Positions 22,401 to 36,445 of a stretch of 50,843 nt of DNA are shown piece after piece (position 1 is the stretch's first letter; every line of letters starts with the position of its first letter). Below the pieces are notes generated by a model. It was not told the origin of the DNA, searched no databases, and saw only the letters and a list, made by a program, of their open reading frames with translations. A program made the translations under genes and the position numbers. This stretch comes from Octopus bimaculoides (Eukaryota). Location of the stretch: the NCBI RefSeq assembly GCF_001194135.2, contig NC_069000.1:16628151-16678993 (forward strand). Reading direction: 5' to 3'.

Positions 22401-23510
22401 GGATCTTATCGGTTTGGTTGCCAGCATTTCAAAAACTAAAGGTTATCAAAAATGTTTAAATTTGGCGCAATAATACGCTTGCCAAAACTGAATTGCTGGA
22501 GTTATTTCATTTTTTTCCAGAAAAATATTTTTAAAAAGTTACAGAGGTTTAAAGTGTGATCATTTTCACCCAATCAGGAAACAGGATTTGGAAGCTGTCA
22601 TTTTGTGCGTGACTGCACATTTTGTCGTCAATACCCTGAAAATAGCACTTGTGAATATTTGTAAACAACACGTGTTATGTCTCCGGTAATTTTTTTTTCA
22701 TGTAAATAAACGTTTATGTTAATTAAAAAGATTTATTTTAAAAAATCTTATTTAGTTGTTATTTTTAGCACACAACACAACCACCTCAATGCTCAATGAC
22801 AAAAAGAAACGAGTAAACAAACATTTAAGCATTCAATATGCATTTAATGCAAATGTGACAAACAAAACGTTACATGCGATAAGCACATTACAATTTTTAA
22901 GAGAAAGATTTGGAAGAATTAGATGAAAGTTCTCCGGTAATCTTCTTTCATGTAAATAAATGTTTTGCCAGCAAAATCCTATAAAATAACAATGTTCCAA
23001 AAGATGCACATGCTTATATGATATATATATATGAAAATAAGAGTGAACAAAATATGTTTTAAAAACGAACATTTAACATTCGATTTTAATTTTTAAAATA
23101 TCCTTTGTTTTCAACGTTTTCATAATAGAAACAAAGTTACTGGAGTTTGCTGCCATAGTCACAAGAATACAGCACACAGCGTCAAATTTGTCAATACGTG
23201 CTTCCGCGAAGATAAAAGACACTTCAGACAGCTGGGACTCGCTTGTTGCTATGGCAACAGGCACGTTGAGTGACAAATAAGTTCTCATGTTCCGCTTCTT
23301 GCTATCGAAACAGGCATGAATGTATTTGTAGCTTACGATTGGCTAAAATTAACAAAATTTTCAAATTTTAATTGCTAATAACTCTTTATTTATTGATTTA
23401 TAGCGAAAATTACTTCCGCGTCATCAGTTAGCCTATAAAAGTGTATCATTACACTGAATATGAAATCAATTCGAACAGAATTGATATTGCCAGTCAAACC
23501 GATAAGATTC
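22401..23510. mobile_element. ~1.1-kb non-autonomous TIR element of unknown superfamily
   Basis: ATCTTATCGGTTTG (22403-22416) is the exact reverse complement of CAAACCGATAAGAT (23495-23508), with partial pairing beyond; AT-rich non-coding interior with a ~35-bp internal direct repeat (22681-22715 / 22932-22965). Confidence 0.55.
23245..23258. promoter_or_regulatory. RFX X-box consensus motif inside the TIR element
   Basis: GTTGCTATGGCAAC (reverse complement GTTGCCATAGCAAC) fits the X-box consensus GTNRCC-N(0-3)-RGYAAC; function not shown. Confidence 0.35.
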
Positions 23511-23859
23511 TATATATTGTAAAAGAGAAGTTAAACTGTTGTCATGTGTGGCAACGAGTACCCACCACGGAAAAAAGTTCAGAGTTCAACTTTCCGAAAT
23601 TATAGAAACCGGAACATGAATCCTTAGGTGCAATCCTGCGTATATCCATGTAGATATAAATTGTACCTGTAATTATATGACGGCAGCCTTTTTATATACA
23701 GTGTGTCTCTGATTCTGTCTGAGAATTACATTAAGTATACATGACTCTGTGGAATGAATGCATATGCCGATTGCACATTCGATCAGGTCAAGAGCAAGTA
23801 ACTCAACTGATGGAAATATCGAATCGTCATTAGTGAACGACGGAGATCCACCACATGTA

Positions 23860-24003
23860 TGTGTCTGCATTATTCCATATATGTGTGTGTGTTCGTATAG
23901 GTGTGTATGTCTCTGTTCATATGTGTTTGTGTGTTTCTGTGTGTTCATATATGTGTTTGTGTTTGGATATATATGTGTGTGTTTATGTATGTGTGTGTTT
24001 ATT

Positions 24004-24047
<44 letters not shown>

Positions 24048-24190
24048 TCTCCACCATCGCTATTTGACAACTGGTGTGCTTTGGTTACGTTTCCATAATG
24101 TAGAGGTTCGGCAAAAGAGACCTATGAAATTTTAGATATAAGTACTGTCTCAACATGGATGTTATCCAGTGACTGAAGCAAGTTAAAGAC
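23860..24190 (+). mobile_element. GT-rich microsatellite plus SINE family A 3' tail
   Basis: After the GT run: GTGTTTGTCTCCACCATCGC...GGTTCGGCAAAAGAGACC...ATAAGTACT...TGACTGAAGCAAGT, paralleling the tail at 6900-7030. Confidence 0.55.
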
Positions 24191-24609
24191 AAAGCTAAAT
24201 ACATACATACTTCCCCACATATGCGTGTGTGTGTGTGTGTGTGTGTGCTTGTGTATATTCATAAAGAAATCTATCTTCCTCTATACACACATAAAATAAT
24301 GCGTAAATGCCATTGAATGTGTGTGTATATATATATATAGATGTGTGTGTATATATATGTATAGATGTGTGTGTATATATATGTATAGATGTGTGTGCAT
24401 ATACATATAGACGCGCGCACACACACACACAAATATATATATATATACACACGCTTCCGAGCGTAAATTTACAATACTCAATACATTAGATCCTTTTCAT
24501 CATTCTTGCCTATATCACTTATACTCATTAATTAAGTTATTGATCTAACTTAATCCTTTTCCTTTGTTTTTATTATATTTTCCCATAAAGCCATATTATC
24601 CCGCAGCCA

Positions 24610-24643
<34 letters not shown>

Positions 24644-26142
24644 AAACTCTCTTTTTATCCATCCATCTATCTATCTATCATGCTTGAATGTATCCATTTA
24701 TAAAACAAATAGCTATCAACAGTCTAATCAATCTAGCTATAAATAAAACAGTCTGCTATTGTTTACAGCCAAGCTGCTTAAATTTCAACCTCCAACTTTA
24801 CATAAGAGAATGTATTCCAGAGTGGTATAGCTTTTCGTATCCTGTCCCAGGTCAAGACACTTGACTACCAAAGAAGAAACCTCTACAGCCTTAAGTAGAT
24901 ATTATTATTTGGTATAGTTCCCGCACCGTCTATGACTACTGCCTTTATCTTGCAACAGCTCGGTCCACCTAGCAGTAAAGTAGCTAACACAATGTGATGT
25001 ATTTTACTGCACTGTGTTTAAAACCAACAATCTTAGCTCTCAACAACCCAAAATGTTCAGATGCACGTAGACACCAGTGTGTATTTTACTGTAATGAACC
25101 CAGGACAAAGCCGCTTAAATCTCAACAGTTCAGTGTACTTGACTGTAAATGTGTATCCATGTAGTTTGCTGTGCGCTATCTCAGACACTTTGCTTTTGAC
25201 AACTCAGTCTGTTAAGCCATAAAGTAGGTAAATTTTCACGCTTTTATTTCATTTTCCTGTATCAGAAACAACCAGCCAATCAATCAAATAATCACTCACT
25301 TATACGATCAATTTTTCTAGTCATTTAACTCGAAATCTAATTTATATCTTTACAAATCGATATCATTCCTCTGTTTCTATAGATGATGTTTTTTTTTCGA
25401 CTAATAATTTTCGAATTTACATCGTTTCTGTCAAGTTGGTTAAAGCATATGGCTGTGTGTATCTGGCTTTAATCCCAAAGACGAAGCAAAGTGTTAAGCA
25501 GAATTGGAGCACTACACGTCTCTGCAAGCCGTGTCTCAATATATGGAATATATGTCACAGCCAAGAACATTGCAGCACAGTAAATCAGATGACGAGCGAA
25601 GAGGTAACACGATAGACAAGTAATCGGGTAGGTTCTGCTTTCACAAGCTATACCCAATGGCACCCGAAGCCTACAAGAGTGTTCGCATTTTGGTGATGGA
25701 AAGGAACACAATTAGGCTGTGGTGAAGGGTAGAAACTTTGATTGCAGTACGTGTAGTAGCAAGAGTATCTTGAAAGGTTTCTTCCCAGAGGAACCAGAAA
25801 GCAGAGAAAGAAACAGCAAGTTAAGAGCCTGTTGTATTCAAAGCACCATGGGTCGTAGCTCCAAGAACGGCCGAAAAAATTTCACTTCATTCTTAGCACC
25901 AGGAGACGATCTCTACAAGGCTGAGGAACCGACTCCGGTAGTGTCACTTCAGTTCTTATGCACCGATAAAATTAAGACTGGAGAGTAATGTAGAAATGTC
26001 CAGTGTTTGAAAGTGCCAAATCGATCATGACTGTATACGTATTGTTTCTTGATTAAGAGAGCAGCTACACAGAGCATAGTTAAGTGTTCCTTCTCAAGCT
26101 GCACACATTCTGAAGCATTCTGCATCTCAGGCTGTTTTAGAA

Positions 26143-26371
26143 GTTTCTTTACTGCCCACAAGGGGCTACATGCAGAGGGGAAAAGCAAGGATAGACAAAC
26201 AGATTAAGTCAATTATATCGACCCCAGTGCGTAACTGGTACTTATTTAATCGACCCCGAAAGGATGAAAGGCAAAGTCGACCTCGGTGGAATTTGAACTC
26301 AGAACGTAGCGGCAGACGAAATACCGCTAAGCATTTCGCCCGGCGTGCTAACGTTTCTGCCAGCTCGCCGC
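26143..26371 (-). mobile_element. Well-preserved tRNA-derived SINE family B
   Basis: Minus strand: GGCGGCGAGCTGGCAGAAACGTTAGC (A-box-like)...GAGTTCAAATTCC (B-box)...GGTCGACTTTGCCTTTCATCCTTTCGGGGTCGATTAAATAAGTACCAG...tail GTAGCCCCTTGTGGGCAGTAAAGAAA. Confidence 0.85.
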
Positions 26372-27204
26372 CTTTTAGAAGTTTCTGTGTTAGGAAGGCT
26401 TTATTCTTTGGTATCAGCTTTGAGCTCTACGCTTTTGAGCCAGTGTCGAAAATTTTCTGTATCTTCTACTCGTTGTACAGTTATTTATTTATTCTTCCAT
26501 GCAGGGTCTTTATATGTCGTCGGTTTATCATGACAATTTGTAGCCCCCAATTATATTTTAGATTTTTTTATTTTGCTTGTTTTTATTTTTCTACAGAAAC
26601 TGAAGTTAAGGACAAATGCGTACCAAGGAATGTTCCTTGCGATTTGAACCAAAAGAACAAAAGAAAAAAACGATGTCCCACATCCCCAATTTGATATACT
26701 ATAAACATCTGTCATTACCACTTTTCCATCAGCACATTGCCCTCTATAGACCCCCAAATAAACGCAAAAAAGGGACCACAGCAGAAGAAAACTAACATGA
26801 TCACACAGTTAAAACCAAAGCAAAAAAAGGAGAATCTCACCACCTAACTTAATTACAATCCACTCGCTTTTCAAATTATTTCTGCTACATAGTCGACCTC
26901 CACCCCTACCCCAAAATGCAGAAAGCAAAAATTAAAAAAGAAAAAAACGATAAAATAATCAAATAAAAAGAAACCCAAATACCCCTCATCTACCCACCTA
27001 AATCAAATTACCGCATATTTCCAATATTCCTTTCGGAATGACATTTCTGCCTCAGCTTTATGTTATAGAAAATATGGCGATATTTGCCATTATAATTGGC
27101 TGAAAACGGTGCTAAATGACAATAACGGTTGATTTAGTTCCACTCCTCCTATCCACACACACCTATTGTATTAACCTTCTCTCATAACCTTTGTCACTTG
27201 TTCT

Positions 27205-27212
27205 TGTTTCTG

Positions 27213-27250
<38 letters not shown>

Positions 27251-27296
27251 CCTCTCTCTTTCTCGCTCGCTCGCTCTCTGTATGTAGTGTGTATGC

Positions 27297-27350
<54 letters not shown>

Positions 27351-27375
27351 AGCCTCTGGGTTCTTTTTTCTCTGC

Positions 27376-27412
<37 letters not shown>
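27205..27412. repeat. Compound (CT)n/(TATC)n microsatellite
   Basis: Direct reading. Confidence 0.92.
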
Positions 27413-27415
<3 letters not shown>

Positions 27416-27558
27416 TCTTTCCCACTGACAATACTGTTGCTTTTTCTCTTTATACTCGTGTATCCGTCTGTAACTTTCTTTTTCTGCTGTTCGTCGATAT
27501 ATTGGCTTGTCTTTCATCTTAACTATCTTTCTATCAATCTATCTATCTATCTATTTGG

Positions 27559-28207
27559 CCTTCTTTGGAGCAGGTGAGGACGGAGTGTTTCCACTGCGCA
27601 GATTGTCTCTTTGTCTCTGGCTCAAAGTCTATGGAACCAACACATCCTGAATTAGGAAATGTTCAAGGAAACCAGCTAGATCTACTTGAAACAATGGCAG
27701 GTGATGTGACCAGTACTGTGCGCTTTTGATCAGGCGTCAAAATACTTCTCTTTCTTTCTCATTCTCAATGTTATTAGCATTGACCATTTGATTTATAGCC
27801 AATCGCCTGTTATCAATCACAGTGTGGTGAACACGATCGATGTTTTCCTTGGTGGTGGCAGTTGCAGGATGTCCAGACCTTGGATCATCTTCCAGACTCT
27901 CTTTCCCTTTCTAAATTCAGCTGCCCACTTTTGCACTTTTCATAAAACTGAAGCGTCATCCCTAATGCAAACATTGTCAGCATGAATATTGTTGGGGAAT
28001 AAAACCTTTTTCTGCAGGCACATGATAATATGATGACGTCAATTTTTTTTCCACTTTCAAGGAAGTCACTACTAGTTATTGAAGCGTTTAAACAATCAAA
28101 GGTTAGTTTACCTGGAAAGAGACAATACAGTTATTAATAAGAAGGGTTGAAATTAATGCATGCAAAATTTCCCAGCTCTAGCTTGACTCCTTCAGACCAC
28201 CCTCGTA
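27559..28207 (-). mobile_element. Mariner transposon 5' half (TIR plus HTH region), decayed
   Basis: Terminus TACGAGGGTGGTCTGAAG at 28207; translation KVQKWAAEFRKGKESLEDDPRSGHPATATTKENIDRVHH, LTPDQKR, FEPETKRQSAQWKH. Confidence 0.88.
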
Positions 28208-28764
28208 TATAGAATGGTCAAAATGCACGGCATTGGGAACGGTTTTATGCAATATAGTAAACGTACATACAAAATACATAGATCAATAGATCAAGCGTGA
28301 TTCAGAAAAATATGATCCAACTTAAGACATTTACGACGACCCGGAAGGTTTCTAGAATTACATATTACAATTTCTGCACATAGGTCTCTCGTTATCCGTG
28401 AAGCTTGTTTCAAGAATGATGGAATTGCTCTCCCTATGACAGTCTTTTATTATTTTATTGCACTCACATATTGTTACTGTGTAGCTTTTGTTACTTTGTA
28501 GCGTATTTTAGCGGCAGGATGAGAGTTGTCATGATACATAGAGAGATATATGAACTTCTTTCTCTCATATATTTTTTATTATGTCGCATGAAAATGAATA
28601 ATTAATGAAGTCATTAATAATAAAAATCCATGAATAAATAATGACACATATAAATGCAAGTGCAAAACTGAAATGATATATTTATTTCGGGTGCCATACA
28701 CAATCATGATGAAATTCAAATGATGCAAATCAGTGTGTGTGTGTGTGTGTGCGTGTGTGTTTGT

Positions 28765-29192
28765 NNNNNNNNNNNNNNNNNNNNNNNNNNNNNNNNNNNN
28801 NNNNNNNNNNNNNNNNNNNNNNNNNNNNNNNNNNNNNNNNNNNNNNNNNNNNNNNNNNNNNNNNNNNNNNNNNNNNNNNNNNNNNNNNNNNNNNNNNNNN
28901 NNNNNNNNNNNNNNNNNNNNNNNNNNNNNNNNNNNNNNNNNNNNNNNNNNNNNNNNNNNNNNNNNNNNNNNNNNNNNNNNNNNNNNNNNNNNNNNNNNNN
29001 NNNNNNNNNNNNNNNNNNNNNNNNNNNNNNNNNNNNNNNNNNNNNNNNNNNNNNNNNNNNNNNNNNNNNNNNNNNNNNNNNNNNNNNNNNNNNNNNNNNN
29101 NNNNNNNNNNNNNNNNNNNNNNNNNNNNNNNNNNNNNNNNNNNNNNNNNNNNNNNNNNNNNNNNNNNNNNNNNNNNNNNNNNNNNNNNNNNN
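28765..29192. other. Assembly gap (N run)
   Basis: N bases after a (GT)n run. Confidence 1.
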
Positions 29193-30649
29193 AGAATTTC
29201 GATCAAAATGGATCGTGAAAAAAAGGATGCCGATCAATAGGGATCGTGTATTACAGAAATGTCATAATGTAAAAAGGGGGAACAGATTAGGTTTATCCGT
29301 GGAAAGAAAAGCCTACGGAAAAGACCACGGTAACCTCGAGCAATAATGTCATGGAAAAAAACACATTACAGTAAGTGACTCTCTTTTTTCCTTTCTTTTT
29401 CTGGTTCATAGGATTATGCTCAAGGTGGCTCTATCATTCACACGTGCCATCCTTGCTACATTCACCCATCCTTTTTTTTAAACATTCACTAGACAAAACT
29501 TCCCTCTCTAATCTCACCTTCCTCCAGGAAAAGAGAAGCAGAGATAGAGTGACAAAAAGAAGGCAACTTTAACACGGAGAGACATGCACCGTCAAAACCT
29601 GCTGCATCACCATGATATGTATTTTGCACTCGGTAAATGTTCATTATTTACAAGAGAGCATCGCGGATGGTTTCACTGAAGTAAAAAATTAAAACAAAAA
29701 ATATTATCTGGAATCAATTTCATTTTCATAAATTATATACAAATCAAATTTCTCAAAAGTTATTCAGCTCGAAATCGTGGATTCTTTTACGAGATGATTC
29801 ACTTCTATGTCTTGTATATCGAGCCACGACTTTACTCCTCATACTGCGGGTAGATATTTACTATTTCTAGTCATAAAGATACATAAATCATGTACACGTA
29901 CATAGAGATACAGCCTTCATTTTATTCAAGAGTTTACTTGTATTCACATACGCGCACACATAAATACACCCACTAATATGTACACACATATGCTGACGAC
30001 GTTTGGACAGAGTTTTTTATCGTCACTCTCATCCTATCTCTAAAATCGAAACGATAGTTTTTATCGTGTGTTTTCAAAATTATTTTCATTTCAATCAGCG
30101 CTAAAATAGTCTTCATTCACCAAATGCAATTTGTTTTGTGAAAATTTTTTTGTATCTTATGCGTATGTCTGTGCATGTATATCTTATCTTATTTTGCCCG
30201 CGTGTTCAGAATAAGATGTGCGCGCAGTTGATGATTATACCTTGTCCATGTCTCTAAATCTTGTGTAAATGTGCATGTGTGTGAGAGAAAGACAAAAATG
30301 GAGGGAGAGTGAGAGAGAGAGAAAGAGAGAGAGAGATGGAAAGAGACAGAGAGTATCTGTTTTCGTATGCCTCTGGTTTTCATTCTTCCTGCGTTATTGT
30401 CTCTTCCCCGTGAATAAAGAAAAATATGTTTTTCATGTTGATATCATAATGAAAAAATATCATCCATTTTCTTGGTTTTATAGCCCAGAAATGTAAGTCA
30501 TTTTAGAAATATTACTTCTGTTCGACAGCACATTACGCGGAAAATTTTATTGCCACAACTGTTTTCGGAAAAACATCGAAAAACACAAATACAGAAAATA
30601 GTAGTATTATATAGTTGTTTATAAAGTGCATGTAGGTAATATATATGTA

Positions 30650-30695
30650 TTAATGTATACATGTATGTATATGCATGTGTATATGCATATATACA

Positions 30696-30732
<37 letters not shown>

Positions 30733-31032
30733 GTGTATATACCTACATATATAAGCATATATGTGTGTGTGTGTGTGTGTGTGTGTAAGTCTATATAGTT
30801 ATATGTATATTACATACACACGTATAAATGCCTGTGTGTGCGTTTGTTTGTATAAATTATACATGTAACTTTGGGTTTGCAGGCGGGTAGATAACTCAGT
30901 AATACATGAATTAATACATGAATCAAAGTGTATTTATATATACATACACACATACATATATGTGTGTGCATGTGGTGTATGTGTGAGTGTTTGTATACAT
31001 GTGTATAAGTGTGTGTGTGTGTGTGTATACAT

Positions 31033-31073
<41 letters not shown>

Positions 31074-31668
31074 AAACACACACACATATTCAGGCTTGTA
31101 TGTATGTTTGTATGTATGCAAGAATGCATGTTTGTATATGTCTGCCTGAATGTATGTAGATATTTACGTTAATGTTATTCTTTGATGGCAAACAAGTAAT
31201 TTTTCGAATGTTTTTAATAACAATTTCCACTTCCATCCAACAAACATTAGTATTAAGATAACTGACGTCTTGAAAGGAAAACATTTTCAAAGCTATAACG
31301 GCTCAAATATTACAGTGATTAGCTTACAATTAACCTTTTCGGCTCGCTAAACGCTGACCTACTTTGTCACAATGGTCGCCATTATCAAAAGGAAACGCCT
31401 TCGCACTTTACAGTAGCCATCTTGCTGCCGAGTACATTATGTATATGTTGTGTTCTTTTCGCAGCTTTGTAAATGGGGAATGTGTATCTGTTTTCGCGCA
31501 GGCGCAGGCGTACTTTTCTGCTTGTGGTTGTGTTTGTATACATAGTGCAAAGATATAGACATGGATACATATATACTTATATATATATGATATATGGATA
31601 TGTATGTACACATCCATATACGTACACATCAGCATCATTAAGTGTGTGTATGTATGTATATAATTATA

Positions 31669-31704
<36 letters not shown>

Positions 31705-31834
31705 TGTATGTATGTATATACACAAGTATAATACACATCGGGAAGATTTTGTTCATAGAATATTTTTACCCTTTAGTCCTATGCCTCAAATATTAACCGG
31801 CAACGTGTGTGTGTATGCACACACATACACACGC

Positions 31835-31867
<33 letters not shown>

Positions 31868-31886
31868 CATACATATATATATATGT

Positions 31887-31961
<75 letters not shown>

Positions 31962-32368
31962 TGCATACACACACATATACACACATATACATAGATGTAT
32001 ACATATATATATATATGTATGTATATATATNNNNNNNNNNNNNNNNNNNNNNNNNNNNNNNNNNNNNNNNNNNNNNNNNNNNNNNNNNNNNNNNNNNNNN
32101 NNNNNNNNNNNNNNNNNNNNNNNNNNNNNNNNNNNNNNNNNNNNNNNNNNNNNNNNNNNNNNNNNNNNNNNNNNNNNNNNNNNNNNNNNNNNNNNNNNNN
32201 NNNNNNNNNNNNNNNNNNNNNNNNNNNNNNNNNNNNNNNNNNNNNNNNNNNNNNNNNNNNNNNNNNNNNNNNNNNNNNNNNNNNNNNNNNNNNNNNNNNN
32301 NNNNNNNNNNNNNNNNNNNNNNNNNNNNNNNNNNNNNNNNNNNNNNNNNNNNNNNNNNNNNNNNNNNN

Positions 32369-32441
<73 letters not shown>

Positions 32442-32625
32442 CATGCGTCAGTGCTGGGATGTGTTTGTGTATATGAGCATATGCGCCTATATGTATGTAG
32501 TATGTATTATATAGTCAGTAAGATTAGCTCAGATGAAGAGAACTCTTAATGCAATTGTGAAGTAATTGATGAAGAGGATTTTATTCAGAGTTTTAGAATG
32601 TCCAATGACTCACTTTCCAATACAT

Positions 32626-32683
<58 letters not shown>

Positions 32684-33130
32684 NNNNNNNNNNNNNNNNN
32701 NNNNNNNNNNNNNNNNNNNNNNNNNNNNNNNNNNNNNNNNNNNNNNNNNNNNNNNNNNNNNNNNNNNNNNNNNNNNNNNNNNNNNNNNNNNNNNNNNNNN
32801 NNNNNNNNNNNNNNNNNNNNNNNNNNNNNNNNNNNNNNNNNNNNNNNNNNNNNNNNNNNNNNNNNNNNNNNNNNNNNNNNNNNNNNNNNNNNNNNNNNNN
32901 NNNNNNNNNNNNNNNNNNNNNNNNNNNNNNNNNNNNNNNNNNNNNNNNNNNNNNNNNNNNNNNNNNNNNNNNNNNNNNNNNNNNNNNNNNNNNNNNNNNN
33001 NNNNNNNNNNNNNNNNNNNNNNNNNNNNNNNNNNNNNNNNNNNNNNNNNNNNNNNTATATATATATATATATATATTTATATATAAATTTACATATATAT
33101 ATACACACACACGTACTGAAACACGCACGC
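30650..33130. repeat. Extended microsatellite-rich zone (TA, GT, CA, TATG) with two assembly gaps (32031-32368, 32684-33055)
   Basis: Direct reading; short unique spacers lie between the arrays. Confidence 0.85.
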
Positions 33131-34214
33131 GCGTGCACAAACACACAAACACTAAATATACACGAAAGCTCGTTTCTTCCTTATTTAACATAATTGAAGT
33201 AGCTGAAGCCAATTCATCTGTTCCTAGTTGACATTTATTTCATACTTTATTGGAATGGCATGAATGCCACAGTTGTTGTTCTCTTTAAATTTAATTTGTG
33301 TTGGATCCCAAAGACCCAGCTGCAATTCTCATTTCAAAATATATTAATTAATTAATTTAATTAATTAACTATGTCTAATCACTGAAAGTAGAAAAGAAAT
33401 TATAAAAACACGTTTGAAGAGGAGAGAGGAAACTCATTAACTCATAAACAACAGATTCCATACAACATACTTATTGTCTTACCTTTGTATTGTTGAGTCA
33501 TTTGGGGCAGGAGCTCTAGCTACAAATAGCCTGTATGAGTGGATAATGCTTGAGCTACATACTGTCTTCTTCATCTAGATAAGTTATGGCGAATCTATGA
33601 CACGCGTGCCTGCAAAGACACGCCGCGTGCTTTAAGTGATTCGTGACGAACTTTGATAAAAAAAAATCTTCTGGCGATATTATGCTACAGAAAGCTTATC
33701 TTTAAGCATTAACCTGATACTAAAATACATGTGTACATCTATATCACTCTCGACTAACATTGATGGTTCGCCATCACTAATTTAGACAAATATAAAAGCA
33801 TTTATACATTAATTAAGAAGCGTAATAATTTAACAGATAAAGTTTTGTGTTATATATCCAATTAATTTGTTAGAAATACTGAAAACAATCTTATAGATGG
33901 AACTAGAAATGCAGTTAAGGAAGACATCGAGCTCCACACTAATTATCTTATCTAGAAAAATCTAGAAAATCTGGAGATTTAATATGAAGGGAAATGATTT
34001 AGCGGATAACACACTGAATATCATACCTGGATTAATCTTTAGAAAATGTAGAAACGGGATTCTGTTGCGGATAGAGTACATAGTTATGTTGTTAATTAGT
34101 TGAGTCATTGTAAAAATATTGAGCAATAAAACGCTAATTAGTAACAATTAGGCAGTGAGGAAAAAAAGGATATCAGTCAATGACAAATATTACTTCAGTT
34201 ATTCTGCTGTGAAA

Positions 34215-34435
34215 GCATTTGGCCTCGTGGTCAGGATATTGCACTCATTTTCGTGGTTTGGCGGTGCATTCTGTACTTGAGAAAATCACTTCATTTTGCA
34301 CTACTCATTTAGCTGCAAATGAGTTCTAGCAATAACAAGACAGTTAAACCTGCGAGGGATCGGCGTCACGTACACGATGGAGTGTTGTAATGTCGGTCAT
34401 TTGCACCCCACGGAAAGCCTGTCAGGCTCCGGCCT
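34215..34435 (+). mobile_element. Decayed SINE family C-like copy
   Basis: TGGCCTCGTGGTCAGGATATTGCACTCA head; CTTGAGAAAATCACTTCATTTTGCACTACTCATTTAGCTGCAAATGAGT resembles the family C core. Confidence 0.45.
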
Positions 34436-35364
34436 TATTTAATGATAGACCTAAATAAGTTTAAGCCTAAGTATGAGACATCTTCGAACATTTTCCAGTC
34501 TTATTAAAACTCTTCAGTCAAATATAGACGTTACTGCAGTTACTGAAATGATGATGAGAGAATCACTAAGTAAATGTGCAATATTATATACTACCATACC
34601 TAGAAAAGCGAAATGGTACAACATGTAAGTTCTTGAACTACAAATCATTATCTTATCTGGCAATGGATAAAAATGGATGGGACTGGAAGTAGTGAACGAG
34701 TTACAAAAGTGATTAGGAAACGTTTGCGATCAAAGTGCCAGCGGTAAAAATGCATTCGACCATTTCTTTAATGTACAACATGAAGGATCGCATTGTCAAG
34801 GTCTAGGTATTAAAAGACGAATGCACCAAAGCTGTTCGATATTTACAATTGTTGGAGATGCAGCATAGTAACAAGGCCTTACTTCGGTCTTTGATTGTGC
34901 AGGACGGGCGCGTGCCATTCCACTCCAAGCGGATGTGTGCAGCTTTACTGCAATACTTTCACCGACTGTTCGAGTAGAAACGTGAGCCAGAAGTTGTAGT
35001 GGACTTTAGTGTCGTCCACTGCGACCCTCGGCAGAAAATGCGGGGTGCTGTGAAAATTTAATGAAAGCAACTGAGATACGGACAACTCTGATCCGTTGCA
35101 GGAGAGGATAATCTCTAGGTTTAGAAATCTAAAACAAATATGGAAGCTAATGTAACGGATACGCGGATTGAAAATACAATAAAAGTAAAAAATGAAAACA
35201 AACAAGTTCGAGGTAACTAGTGTTGGCATGTATCGGTAAATTGCATTCAGCAAAGTTTGTAAATTTAAAGAAGTTCGAAAGCTGTAGGGAGACAACATTA
35301 TTGAGGTTTCGATCAAAAGCTCTTCGTCGGAGTGGGGTTTTTTTTTTTTCAAACTTAAACTTAA

Positions 35365-35585
35365 TGCAGATGTGGAAGAGGTGAAGAAAAAAAAAACGAC
35401 GACGGAAGCGTTAAAAGGCATCACTTCGCAAGAGTTGGAGGATAGCTTCGAAAAGTGGAAAGCGCGTCCGGACCGATTCATTGCTTCAAATGGAGAATAC
35501 TTTGAAGGCGATAAAAGTATAAAAATGTAAATCGTGAATAAAATAATATTGGAAAATTCCTGTTTCTTTGGGGTACCCTGTCGTA
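35365..35585 (+). mobile_element. Mariner transposon 3' end (transposase C-terminus plus TIR)
   Basis: ADVEEVKKK..TEALKGITSQELEDSFEKWKARPDRFIASNGEYFEGDK (W-x-x-R...GEYFEG); ends GGGGTACCCTGTCGTA. Confidence 0.85.
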
Positions 35586-36229
35586 TGTGAGCATATATTA
35601 CTTGTATTCTGACATGAGTTTGTTGAGAGCAGTAACATTTTGTTGAGCTAAATAGGAAGCTTCTTAGTTCCTGGGAATAGAGTTTGCGCAATATTTTGGT
35701 AGTGACTTAGATTTTGAAGATTAGCATATGTAACTAGTTAAATGGGGTGGGGTTTTATCTACGTGCTGTTCATGAGTATTGGGGAGTATGTGCGTATATG
35801 TGTTGCAATACTGCTTCCTTGTTGCGCTCACAGATTGTGTACAGGGGTTGGCTAAAGAGACGACTATACAATTTCTATTAAGAAAGTTAACAAAGGAACT
35901 TATTCAAAGGCAAATGAAAGAAGAAAGAAAATGTAAGAGAGGAGAGTTAAAAAAGCTGATAAAAACGTCATCTGTTTTTTTTATAACTTTGAGAACATGC
36001 TTCTGTTTGTTGAAAGAATTAAAGTAAGCACCATTTGTATAATCAGTTCCTATAATATCATTAGGTTGTTTTATCTTACAATTGAAAAATTCTTAGCATA
36101 CACTTCCTCCCAAAGTAGTGTTTGTACTTTAATGTTTGTGCTAATATACGATTTGCTTATACATACATGACAAACATGCATATACACATACATAATAAAT
36201 ATATGTATGCATGTTTGTGTGTGTGTATG

Positions 36230-36244
36230 TGTGTGTGTATACAT

Positions 36245-36277
<33 letters not shown>

Positions 36278-36287
36278 NNNNNNNNNN

Positions 36288-36322
<35 letters not shown>

Positions 36323-36445
36323 ACACAAACACGAACACTTACACACATATACATACAATGTGTGTGTGTGAGTATGTGTGTGTGTGAGTATGTGTGTGTG
36401 TGCGCGCTCATGTGTGTGCCCATGTGTGTGTACCCAAGTGTGTGT
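36230..36445. repeat. (TA)n/(GT)n microsatellites with a 10-N gap at 36278-36287
   Basis: Direct reading. Confidence 0.92.

Noticed and set aside
25949-26188. ORF starting PSACSPLWAVKK resembling a Ty3/gypsy RT start
   Set aside because: That stretch is the 3' tail of the adjacent family B SINE, and no further RT motifs follow.
26290-26371. tRNA-like A/B boxes in SINE heads as true tRNA genes
   Set aside because: No complete cloverleaf; they continue into SINE bodies repeated in the window.
26170-26694. 174-aa plus-strand ORF
   Set aside because: Antisense read-through of a SINE into AT-rich sequence; no domain features.
34945-35691. 248-aa minus-strand ORF
   Set aside because: Partly antisense to the mariner 3' end, low-complexity F/S/L composition, no motifs.
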